NCBI GenBank assembly: GCA_964495365.1
Contig: CAZBXY010000003.1
Coordinates: 11,180 to 75,179 of the forward strand
DNA length: 64,000 nucleotides
Direction: 5' to 3'
From: an uncultured Frigoriglobus sp.
GTDB lineage: Bacteria > Planctomycetota > Planctomycetia > Gemmatales > Gemmataceae
In this document: positions 38,335 to 46,010 of the stretch, in pieces
Position numbering within the stretch: position 1 is the stretch's first letter
Layout of the letters: every line of letters begins with the position of its first letter
Notes under the pieces: generated by a model
The model's input: the letters and a program-made list of their open reading frames with translations, nothing else
Databases searched by the model: none
Told to the model about the DNA's origin: nothing
Program-made: the position numbers and the translations under genes

Positions 38335-38805
38335 TTACTTCTTCTCGGCGGGGGTTGGGTCCTTCTTCTCGGCCGGGTTGAAGTCGATCTTCTCGGCCTC
38401 AAGCCAGATCCTCCCGCCCTTCTTCACCACCTTGCCCGTGACCTTGGCCCGCTGCCCAACCCGCTGCTCGGTCAGTATGAGTTTGCCGGGTGCCAGATCG
38501 ACCATAACCTCCCCGCCGTCGTCCTTCAGACGCAGCCAGCACCCGCTGGCCGGACACTGCTGGGACACCCCGGCTTCGACCGCGACTCTCTGCCCGAGCC
38601 GTTCCTCGGTCACGCAGCCGGTACACACCGTGGGAACCTTCTCCGTGTCCGGTTCGGCCGGAGCCGCCCGGCCGGTTGCGGCTGTCGCCGGTGATTCGGC
38701 CGTGGTCTTCGCGGGGTCGCACCCCGTGACGGCCAGGGCCGCGGTGACGAGAAGGCCCGCGGCGACGGCGCTCAGGGCAACTGTTCTCGCGTGTCGTGTC
38801 CTCAT
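38335..38805 (-). CDS. Lipoprotein with Cys motifs, OB-fold-like (DUF4920-like)
   Basis: Lipobox AVTGC, VCTGC, V.QQCPASGCWLRL, KVTGKV; AAGGAG RBS. Confidence 0.65.
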   Translation of the reverse strand: MRTRHARTVALSAVAAGLLVTAALAVTGCDPAKTTAESPATAATGRAAPAEPDTEKVPTVCTGCVTEERLGQRVAVEAGVSQQCPASGCWLRLKDDGGEVMVDLAPGKLILTEQRVGQRAKVTGKVVKKGGRIWLEAEKIDFNPAEKKDPTPAEKK

Positions 38806-38866
38806 ATGGTCTTTCTCCTTGCGGGTCCGGTGGGTCGGCTTGGACCTTCCATGCCAGTCTGACGCC

Positions 38867-38898
38867 ATTCTAAGCTCCGTACCGCGGTACGGAGTCAA
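38867..38898 (-). promoter_or_regulatory. MerR-type promoter/operator
   Basis: TTGACT-20 nt-TAGAAT with perfect palindrome CTCCGTACCGCGGTACGGAG. Confidence 0.9.
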
Positions 38899-38983
38899 GG
38901 GGAGATTCGGGTTGTTTGAGAAAAAGAACCCAGGGATTCCCTAACTAAGGTTCGGCTTACGCACCGCCTTGATCCTGATATCA

Positions 38984-39727
38984 TCAGCCCCCAACTCGTG
39001 GCATGATCCCGGTCGCTCGGCTCGGGCCTCGTGCCGAAAAATCCCCGTCCGGGTCGCTTACTACCCCGTCCACCAGCCGGATGACGCCGGTCACCTCCCC
39101 GAGCATCCGGGTGTCGTGGGTGACGACGAGCACGGCGGTCCCGTGCTCGTCGGCGAGCCGCCGCAGGAGCCGCATGACGGAGAGGCCCCGCTCGGCGTCG
39201 AGGCTCGCCGTCGGCTCGTCGGCGAGGATGAGCTTTGGGTCGTTGGCGAGCGCGCGGGCGATGGCCACCCGCTGCCGCTCGCCGCCCGAGAGCTTCTCGG
39301 GAAGGAGGTGCGCCCGCTCCGCCACCCCGAGAGACCCGAGGAGTTCGTCCGCCCGCTCTGACGCACGCCGGCCGCGGAGCCCGAGGATGTCGAGCGAAAG
39401 GAGCACGTTCTCCCGGGCCGTGAGGAACGGGATGAGGTTCGCGAACTGGAAAATGAAGCCGAGCTTTTCGCGCCGCAGCCGTTGGAGGTTGGGCCGAAAC
39501 CTTCCGCCGTAGATGTCCTGGCCGCCGAGGACCAGCCGTCCCGCGGTCGGCTCGGTGACGAGGCCCAGGATGTTGAGGAGGGTCGTCTTCCCCGACCCGC
39601 TCGGCCCCATCACCGCGAACACCTCGCCCGGCCGCACGGCGAGGTCCACGCCCTTCAAGACCTCGACCCTGGCGCGCCCCTCGCCGTAGGTCATCCAGAG
39701 TCCTTCGGCCTCGACTGCGAACTCCAT
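38984..39727 (-). CDS. ABC transporter ATP-binding protein (MacB/LolD-like)
   Basis: GPSGSGKTT, LSGGERQRVAIARAL, ADEPTASLD, VVTHD. Confidence 0.92.
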   Translation of the reverse strand: MEFAVEAEGLWMTYGEGRARVEVLKGVDLAVRPGEVFAVMGPSGSGKTTLLNILGLVTEPTAGRLVLGGQDIYGGRFRPNLQRLRREKLGFIFQFANLIPFLTARENVLLSLDILGLRGRRASERADELLGSLGVAERAHLLPEKLSGGERQRVAIARALANDPKLILADEPTASLDAERGLSVMRLLRRLADEHGTAVLVVTHDTRMLGEVTGVIRLVDGVVSDPDGDFSARGPSRATGIMPRVGG

Positions 39728-39730
39728 GCT

Positions 39731-41020
39731 TTAACTCCCGAGGACGCTCCGGGCGTCCACCGTCATGGCCCGCCGCACGGCGAGCAGACTCGACAAGGCC
39801 GCGATGACCGTCATGGCGGCGAGCATCTGCCAAACGTCCCCGTAGGTCGCCTCGACCCGCCGCGGAAAGAAAGGCTCGATGGCGAACTCCAGCGCACCGC
39901 CGAGCAGCGTCCCCAGCACCCCCATGAGAACCGCCTGCTGGAGGATCATCCCGTAGATGCGCAGCCCCGGCGTGCCGAGGAGTTTGAGCACCGCGATGTC
40001 CTTCACCTTGTCGAGGGTGAAGGTGTAGATGATGAGCCCGATGACGATGCCGGCGATGACGACCAGGATGACGCGAAAGAGGGAGAGCTGGAGGACCAGC
40101 AGCCGGTTCGACCCCATGAGCTGAAGGTTGACCTGCCGGGGGCCGGTGTAGACTTCGAGGCGCTTGCCCTTGGAAATATCCCGGGCGACCGCCTCCGGCG
40201 ACGCCCCGGGTTCGAGTCGCACCGCGATGGCGCTGATGACGTGCGTGTCGTGAGACACCGCTTCAGCCGTTCGGGCGATGGGTCCGGCGAGCCGGGGAGC
40301 GGCCGTCCCCTCTTGCGCGAACGGCTCCCGCATCCGCCGCCGGCGGTCCCCGAGGAGGTCCGGGTCCGGCCGGAAGAGGATGGCTTGGGCCTCCTTCAGG
40401 GTGGTGTAAATTACGGGGTCGGCGGTGAACCCGACCATGTTCTTCGTGAGGCCCACCACCGTGTAATCGTGGTAGCCGACCCGCACCCGCTCCCCGACCT
40501 GAAAACCCGTCTTCACATCGGCGACGAGTTCATAGTCGTCGGCCTCGATGCCGCGACCGGCGACGAGCGCGGGCGGTCCGCCCATCCGGCCCGGCTTGTA
40601 GCCGATGACGACGAACCGCTCTTCGGTCGGCACGTCCATCCAGCCGGGTTCCACCATCGTCTGCGTCCCGGCCACCGCGTTCTGGTACATGAACTTCGCA
40701 AGCGGCGTCGGCCGCGGCGGGCGGACAACGTGTTCCATGCCGATGACCAAAGGGCTCGCCTCGGCCACCCCGGGGATGACCTCGACGGCGTGGTAATAGT
40801 CCTCGGGCAACCGCGACACCTCGACGAAGGGGCCGAGGGTGTCCTTCTCGACGACCCACAAATCGGCCCCGGTCTCGGTGACGATGGTCGCCGAGTCGTA
40901 AATCACCCCGCGGATAATCCCCCCGATGGCCAGGACCACCATGAGTAGGAGCCCGACCCCGAAGACAGAGATGAAGAACTTGAAGCGGTGGTAGCGGATG
41001 TCCTTAATTGCGAGATTCAC
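39731..41020 (-). CDS. ABC permease (MacB/FtsX family)
   Basis: N-terminal TM, periplasmic domain (GADLWV), three C-terminal TMs, DIAVLKLLG. Confidence 0.88.
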   Translation of the reverse strand: MNLAIKDIRYHRFKFFISVFGVGLLLMVVLAIGGIIRGVIYDSATIVTETGADLWVVEKDTLGPFVEVSRLPEDYYHAVEVIPGVAEASPLVIGMEHVVRPPRPTPLAKFMYQNAVAGTQTMVEPGWMDVPTEERFVVIGYKPGRMGGPPALVAGRGIEADDYELVADVKTGFQVGERVRVGYHDYTVVGLTKNMVGFTADPVIYTTLKEAQAILFRPDPDLLGDRRRRMREPFAQEGTAAPRLAGPIARTAEAVSHDTHVISAIAVRLEPGASPEAVARDISKGKRLEVYTGPRQVNLQLMGSNRLLVLQLSLFRVILVVIAGIVIGLIIYTFTLDKVKDIAVLKLLGTPGLRIYGMILQQAVLMGVLGTLLGGALEFAIEPFFPRRVEATYGDVWQMLAAMTVIAALSSLLAVRRAMTVDARSVLGS

Positions 41021-41032
41021 GCTGATGCCCCT

Positions 41033-42145
41033 TTACGGCGGCCCGGCCGAAGTCGAGGCGACCTTGACCGTCTCGCCGCCCTTTAGGCCGATGGGTTTTA
41101 GGATGACCTGGTCCCCGGCCTTCAAGTCGCCCGTCACGGCGACGACGGGGAGTCGGGGGCTCGTGGCCCCGGGCTCAACTTTGACCTTCCGGACTCCGCC
41201 GTCTTGCCCGGCCACGAAGACGAACCGCTCGTTCCCGAACGGCATGACGGCCACCTTCGGGACGACGAGAGCGTTGGGGGAGGAGCCCACTTCGATGTAG
41301 ACTTCGGCCCACTGCCCGACCTGGAGTTCACCGGTCGGGAGCGGGAACGCGACCTGGACGAGCATTTCTTCCGTCACCGGGTCGGCCTCGGGGTAGACCC
41401 GGTACACCCGGCCCTTAAGCGGCTTGTCGGCCCGGCCGCGGAGGACCACCGTCGCCGGCTGGTCCTTCTTCACCTTGCCCGAGAAGCGCTGGTCTACGTG
41501 GGCATCGACCCAGATGACGGACGTGTCGGCCACCGACACCATCGGCTGCCCGGCAACGACGGTGTCCCCGGCTTCAACCCAGCGCCGCGTGACGAGCCCG
41601 CCCGCAGCAGCTTTGACCTTCGTCTCGGTGAGCTTGAACTCGTGGAAGCGGAGGTCCGCCTCCTCAACCCCGATAGCGCTCTCCGCGACGCGGTACTTCT
41701 CTTGGGCAATGTCGTGTTCCTCGCGGCCGATCGCCCCCGAGCGGATGAGCGCTTGGGCCCGCTCCCAGGAGAGTTTTGTCTGGTAGGCCGTGGCCTTCGC
41801 GGCTTCGAGTCGTGCCTTCGCGCGGGCCACTTGGTGCCGGAGGTCGGTGTCCTCAAGGATCACGACGAGTTGGCCTTCCTCGACAAAATCACCTTCATCG
41901 ACGAGCACCTTTTCGACCCGGCCATTGAGCTTCGAGCCCACCTTGGCAAGCACCTTTGTCGTCACGGTGCCGGTGCCCTGCACCTCGGCAACGACCGATT
42001 GCTCCAGCACGGGGGCGACACTGACCTCGCGGGGGGAAAGGAAGAACACTTTCGCCACGGCCGCGGCGGCAAGCAGCAGGACGGCATACGTGACAAGCGT
42101 TCGGAGAAAGCGCCACGCCCGGCCGGATCGGCTCACATGGCCCAT
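41033..42145 (-). CDS. Efflux membrane-fusion (periplasmic adaptor) protein
   Basis: GRVEKVLVDEGDFVEEGQL, coiled coil, VEAGDTVVAGQP, ALVVP. Start uncertain. Confidence 0.88.
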   Translation of the reverse strand: MGHVSRSGRAWRFLRTLVTYAVLLLAAAAVAKVFFLSPREVSVAPVLEQSVVAEVQGTGTVTTKVLAKVGSKLNGRVEKVLVDEGDFVEEGQLVVILEDTDLRHQVARAKARLEAAKATAYQTKLSWERAQALIRSGAIGREEHDIAQEKYRVAESAIGVEEADLRFHEFKLTETKVKAAAGGLVTRRWVEAGDTVVAGQPMVSVADTSVIWVDAHVDQRFSGKVKKDQPATVVLRGRADKPLKGRVYRVYPEADPVTEEMLVQVAFPLPTGELQVGQWAEVYIEVGSSPNALVVPKVAVMPFGNERFVFVAGQDGGVRKVKVEPGATSPRLPVVAVTGDLKAGDQVILKPIGLKGGETVKVASTSAGPP

Positions 42146-42203
42146 GTGACGGCATTCCACGCGAGGCGACCCCGTGTCCACCCGCACGGGTAGCGGTAGC
42201 TTC

Positions 42204-42235
42204 ATTATCGACTCCGTACCGTAGTCCGGAGTCAA
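42204..42235 (-). promoter_or_regulatory. MerR-type promoter/operator
   Basis: TTGACT-20 nt-GATAAT with dyad GACTCCGGAC-N4-GTACGGAGTC. Confidence 0.85.
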
Positions 42236-42262
42236 GCCGAATGGGCGGCGTGAGGATGGGAA

Positions 42263-43483
42263 TTATCCCGCGCCGGGGGTGGGACGGGGCGGCCGCTCCG
42301 AGTGGAAGAGCCTGATTGCGAGAGCTGCGCCCGCGAACTGAACGACGGTGAACACGCCGAGCGCCGGACCGAAGCCCATGCGGAGCGATTCGCCGAAGAG
42401 GACGCTCCCGACGCCCATTCCGGTAAAGAGCATAAAGACGTTCAACCCCATCGCTTGGCCGGGGCGCTTCCCGCCGAGGTCGGTGACAATCCCGGCCAGG
42501 AGCGGCTGGGTCATGTCGTACCCGAGCGAGAGGACGGTCACGGCCGCGGCGGCGGCAAGGAGCGGGAGGTCCAGGATGAGCCCGGCCGCCCCGGCGGCCC
42601 CGGCCACGAGGCCCGCCGGGATAAGCCACCGTCTTCCCCACCGGTCGGCCGCCCGGCCGATCACGGGTCCGAGGAGAAAGCCGGGGACGCCGTACCCGAG
42701 GAGCGCGAGCCCGATGCCCACCTCGCCCAGGCCGTGCCGCTCGGAGAAGTAGAGGCCGAGCCAGGTGAAGACCCCGGCGTGGAAGACCGAGTTCACGAAC
42801 ACGTAGCCGTACGTCGTACGCCCGCGGGGCGAGCCGAGGAGGGTCGCGTAGCCGGTGAGCACCTGGCGGAGCGGCGGGGCTGTTTCGCGGGTCGGCTCCC
42901 CGAGGAGACCCCGGTACGGGAGGAGTAGCGCGAGCACCAAAAGCCCGAGGCCGCCGACGCCGAGGAAGATGGCCCGCCACCCGACGAGCGGCTCAAGGAG
43001 TGCCCCGAGGGAGGAGCCGAACGCCATGCCGCCCGCCATCGCCCCGAAGAGCCACCCGAGCGGCCGGCCGCGCCGATCAAAGGGGTAGTGCTGTCCCACG
43101 AGGGCCAGGGCCAGGGGGACCACACCACTCGCCCCGAGGCCGGTCAAAAGCCTCCAGAGGACGAGTTCGCCACCCGATTGGGCCGAGGCGGTGAGTGCCG
43201 TCAGGACGCTAAAGGCGAGGAGCGACCCGAGCACGATGCGCCGTCGCCCGAGGCGGTCCGAGACGAGGCCGTAAAACAGGGTCGAGATCCCGTAGGGGAT
43301 CATGTACGCCGGGACGGCCAGGGCCACCGCTTGGGGGGACGCGCCGAACGCCCGGGAGAGGAGCGGGAGGAGCGGTGCGATCATGAACGCCTGGAAGAAA
43401 ACGAGGAACGTCGCTGCGCACAGGACCCCGAGGAGGCGCTCGTGCCGCGGACCCCCCGACTCTGGTGGGTGCGCCGCCGTCAT
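42263..43483 (-). CDS. MFS transporter
   Basis: GLVSDRLGRR and GRAADRWGRR motif A, ~12 TM segments, ATGA-coupled to the regulator. Confidence 0.9.
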   Translation of the reverse strand: MTAAHPPESGGPRHERLLGVLCAATFLVFFQAFMIAPLLPLLSRAFGASPQAVALAVPAYMIPYGISTLFYGLVSDRLGRRRIVLGSLLAFSVLTALTASAQSGGELVLWRLLTGLGASGVVPLALALVGQHYPFDRRGRPLGWLFGAMAGGMAFGSSLGALLEPLVGWRAIFLGVGGLGLLVLALLLPYRGLLGEPTRETAPPLRQVLTGYATLLGSPRGRTTYGYVFVNSVFHAGVFTWLGLYFSERHGLGEVGIGLALLGYGVPGFLLGPVIGRAADRWGRRWLIPAGLVAGAAGAAGLILDLPLLAAAAAVTVLSLGYDMTQPLLAGIVTDLGGKRPGQAMGLNVFMLFTGMGVGSVLFGESLRMGFGPALGVFTVVQFAGAALAIRLFHSERPPRPTPGAG

Positions 43484-43944
43484 GGTGCCTTCCGTGGAAC
43501 ATCCCGGCCCGGCTGCTCCGCATGGTCGGTTTCCCGGCAGCGGGGGCAGCCGCTCAGCGATTCGATGATGGGGCAGGAGGCGACGGACGACTTTCCGTCG
43601 CAGGTCGAGAGGAGTTCGGTCAGGCTTTTCCTCATCGCCTCCAGGTCGCGGATTTTGTGGTCGATCTCTTCCAGCTTCGCTTCCGCCACCTTCCGGACCC
43701 GGCCTGCCTTCGCCCGCGCCGTCTCCCGAAGCTCCAGGAGATCCTGGACTTCCTTAAGCGAGAACCCGAGTTCCTGGGCGCGCTTGATGAACCGCACCCG
43801 CTCGACCGTCTCGGGTGGGTACTCCCGGTAGCCTGAGGGCCGGCGGGGCGGCTCGGGGAGAATGCCCTTCCGCTCGTAGAACCGGAGCGTCTCGATGTTG
43901 ACCCCGGCCTGCTCCGCCACTTCTGCCGTTCGTAGTGTCGCCAT
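43480..43944 (-). CDS. MerR-family regulator lacking the Cys82 equivalent
   Basis: AEQAGVNIETLRFYERKG HTH; AKAGRV where the first regulator has QPCDDV; TCDGKSSVASCPII loop; extra CPRC. Confidence 0.88.
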   Translation of the reverse strand: MATLRTAEVAEQAGVNIETLRFYERKGILPEPPRRPSGYREYPPETVERVRFIKRAQELGFSLKEVQDLLELRETARAKAGRVRKVAEAKLEEIDHKIRDLEAMRKSLTELLSTCDGKSSVASCPIIESLSGCPRCRETDHAEQPGRDVPRKAP

Positions 43945-43969
43945 GACTTCCCCCCCGTTCACAGAACCC

Positions 43970-44001
43970 ATTATAAACCCTGGACTGTAGTACGGAGTCA
44001 A
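43970..44001 (-). promoter_or_regulatory. MerR-type promoter/operator
   Basis: TTGACT-20 nt-TATAAT with imperfect dyad CCGTAC-N4-GTCCAG. Confidence 0.85.
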
Positions 44002-44063
44002 GTGCGGAGATCTCGCGGGGGGAAGATGATCGGTTCTTTACGACAGCCGCTCGCTGCTGGAAC

Positions 44064-44564
44064 CTATCCGAGCAGGCGCAGGACGGCGAGCTCACGCAGG
44101 TCCGGTTCGAGTTGGCTGAGAAGTTCCTCGCAGTGTAGGTCGAAGTCCGCAAGTGGCAGAATCGCCGCCTCGTTCAGCGGGAGCGGCGAGCCGTCAGGCC
44201 GGGCGAGAGCATCCTCGCCGACGACTCGCCCGCCGCCGCGCTTCGTCGCGGCCTCACGTCGGGCTTGCATGCGGGCCTTGTTGGCCGCGATCACGCCCAG
44301 CAGGTTCAAGAGGTCAGTGCGATTGCCGATGTCGTACTCCCCGGCTCGCACACGCAGGCAGAACGAAGCGAACGCACTCTGGGCGGCATCGTCGGCGTCA
44401 GCGGCACGCTGCGGCCGGCGGGTGAGGGTCTTGCGAGCCAAGGCCACTAACCGGGGGAAAGACCGCTCCCTGAGGGCCACGGCGGCGGTGGGGCTGCCAG
44501 TGCGAAGCTGACCGAAGAATTGAGTCACGGAACCGCCGTCCGAGAGCACTTTTTCGACTCCCAT
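44064..44564 (-). pseudogene. Planctomycete ECF-type sigma factor truncated before the region-4 HTH
   Basis: GSVT..F.QLR.G...A, F.RLVALAR..L, DADDAAQSAFASF, KRGGG; ends at LRLLG* and I see no HTH continuation after the stop. Confidence 0.65.
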
Positions 44565-44818
44565 CGAATGCCGTCTTTCAAAAATAAATGAGAATCACTC
44601 CCTCGTTTATCTAGGCTCATTAGCCCAATCAGCCGCTTTGATTTTGCCGGAAAAGAGGAACACAAACTTCGTTGGTGGAAAGAAGACATGATAGAAATCG
44701 CCCCGGCGAGAACATGCGCTTTGGGGGGGGTGTTCTTTCCGCCAGGTTTCCGCCAAGGCTGGCCCTGCGAATGCCCTCTGCCTACAATGTGGTTGCCGCG
44801 TGAAAACGGCGGAAATCC

Positions 44819-45214
44819 CTATTCCCCAAGAGGTTCCCGCGAAACGTCCCTGATAGTACCCTGTAAGTCCAATGGGCCGGAATTAGGTGCAGCGCCTGGA
44901 TCGGCCGGTTTGGGGCCAAGCCACACCTGCCCGGTCGGGAGGATGTACATGTCCGCCCAGGTATCCGCGGGGTCGATCCCGACGGCCTCCGGGGTGTACA
45001 CCCGGACGGCCGAGTGTGGCCCGTCGAGACCCACATACAGCCGCCCGCACTCCGGGCACAGCCAGCACTCCCGATGCCCGACGGTTTCTGATACGTCCCG
45101 ATCCGCCGCGCCCCACAACTGCTCGACGCCGTACTCGGTCAGCAGGTGGTGGACGACGTGGCCGGGGCTGGCGACGTTGTTCATCGTGTGGCCACACCGG
45201 CAACGTAAGCGCAT
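44819..45214 (-). CDS. Integron cassette 2: Cys/His-rich hypothetical protein
   Basis: Starts 15 nt after the attC R' site; CRCGH and CWLCPECGRL; C-terminus reads through an attC left arm (ADPGAAP). Confidence 0.7.
   Translation of the reverse strand: MRLRCRCGHTMNNVASPGHVVHHLLTEYGVEQLWGAADRDVSETVGHRECWLCPECGRLYVGLDGPHSAVRVYTPEAVGIDPADTWADMYILPTGQVWLGPKPADPGAAPNSGPLDLQGTIRDVSREPLGE
44874..44905 (-). other. Truncated attC (left arm only)
   Basis: GCCGATC-CAGGC-GCTGCACC closely matches the left arm of the intact attC (GCCGAAC-CAGGC-GCTGCAGC). No complementary right arm follows. Confidence 0.7.
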
Positions 45215-45229
45215 CGCGGGGCCTCTCTT

Positions 45230-45326
45230 GCCGAACGACCAAGCTCAGCAGCCGGGGCCGCTCGGTGAGCTACAAATCTGGGAAAGCCTACATGCGGCCC
45301 CGGTCTGCTGCAGCGCCTGGTTCGGC
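45230..45326 (-). other. Integron attC site (97 bp)
   Basis: R'' GCCGAAC, 5-nt spacer, L'' GCTGCAGC, inner stem ..CCGGGGCCGC/GCGGCCCCGG.., L' GCTGAGC, 6-nt spacer, R' GTTCGGC; two extrahelical bases. Confidence 0.92.
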
Positions 45327-45926
45327 CTCTGCGTACTCGGGGATGGCGTCCTTGAGCGCCGCCCGCCACGTCTTGAACGGGCGGAGCGACCAACCCTTGC
45401 CTGCCTTGAGCTTGGACGCCATCTGCGACTCCAACCCCGCAGCCTCGGCAGCGGCCAGTTTGACCGCCTCCTCGCCGGTGTTGAACTCGCTCGTCTGCGG
45501 CGAGTAGAACAAGCCGCCGGTGACCTGAGCGAGCGTGGCCGCCGCGAACACCTGGAACCGCCAGGCGTCCGGGGACCGGCCCATCGAGGTTGTGAAGAAG
45601 AACTTCTGGGTGGCCTTCGCCAGCTTCGCCCGCAGCGGCTTCGGGCACCGATCGGTCAGGTCGTCCCGCTCGTCGTCGAACTCCGGTGCGTGCCACAGGT
45701 CCATTCCGCAGCCGGTGATGAACGGGACCGAGCCGTATCGTTCGGCCCCGTCGAACGCGCCGGGGGTGACGAGCATCTTGGCGACAAGATCGCTCCCGCC
45801 CCACGTCACCGGGTCGAAGTCCGGGCGGAACTCGCAGACCATGCCCTGCGCCGCCAAAGCATCCTGCCAACGACCGCGGAGGTTCTTCGGCCCTCGCACC
45901 ACGAACACGTCGAGGTCAATGCTCAT
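45288..45926 (-). CDS. Integron cassette 1: hypothetical protein
   Basis: Single ORF between GTTCGGC (45954-45948) and attC; its stop codon lies inside attC (AEPGAAADRGRM*). Confidence 0.78.
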   Translation of the reverse strand: MSIDLDVFVVRGPKNLRGRWQDALAAQGMVCEFRPDFDPVTWGGSDLVAKMLVTPGAFDGAERYGSVPFITGCGMDLWHAPEFDDERDDLTDRCPKPLRAKLAKATQKFFFTTSMGRSPDAWRFQVFAAATLAQVTGGLFYSPQTSEFNTGEEAVKLAAAEAAGLESQMASKLKAGKGWSLRPFKTWRAALKDAIPEYAEAEPGAAADRGRM

Positions 45927-45947
45927 CCGTGCGCCTCGCCTTCTGCG

Positions 45948-46010
45948 GCCGAACTTGTGATTAGCTTGACCGACCTATCATCCCCAAACATTGCGGGTTT
46001 TGCAAGTTAT
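45948..46010 (-). other. Putative attI site
   Basis: AT-richer stretch ending GTCAAGCTAATCACAA-GTTCGGC right before cassette 1. Core is complementary to cassette 1 R''; no attC stem precedes it. Confidence 0.65.
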
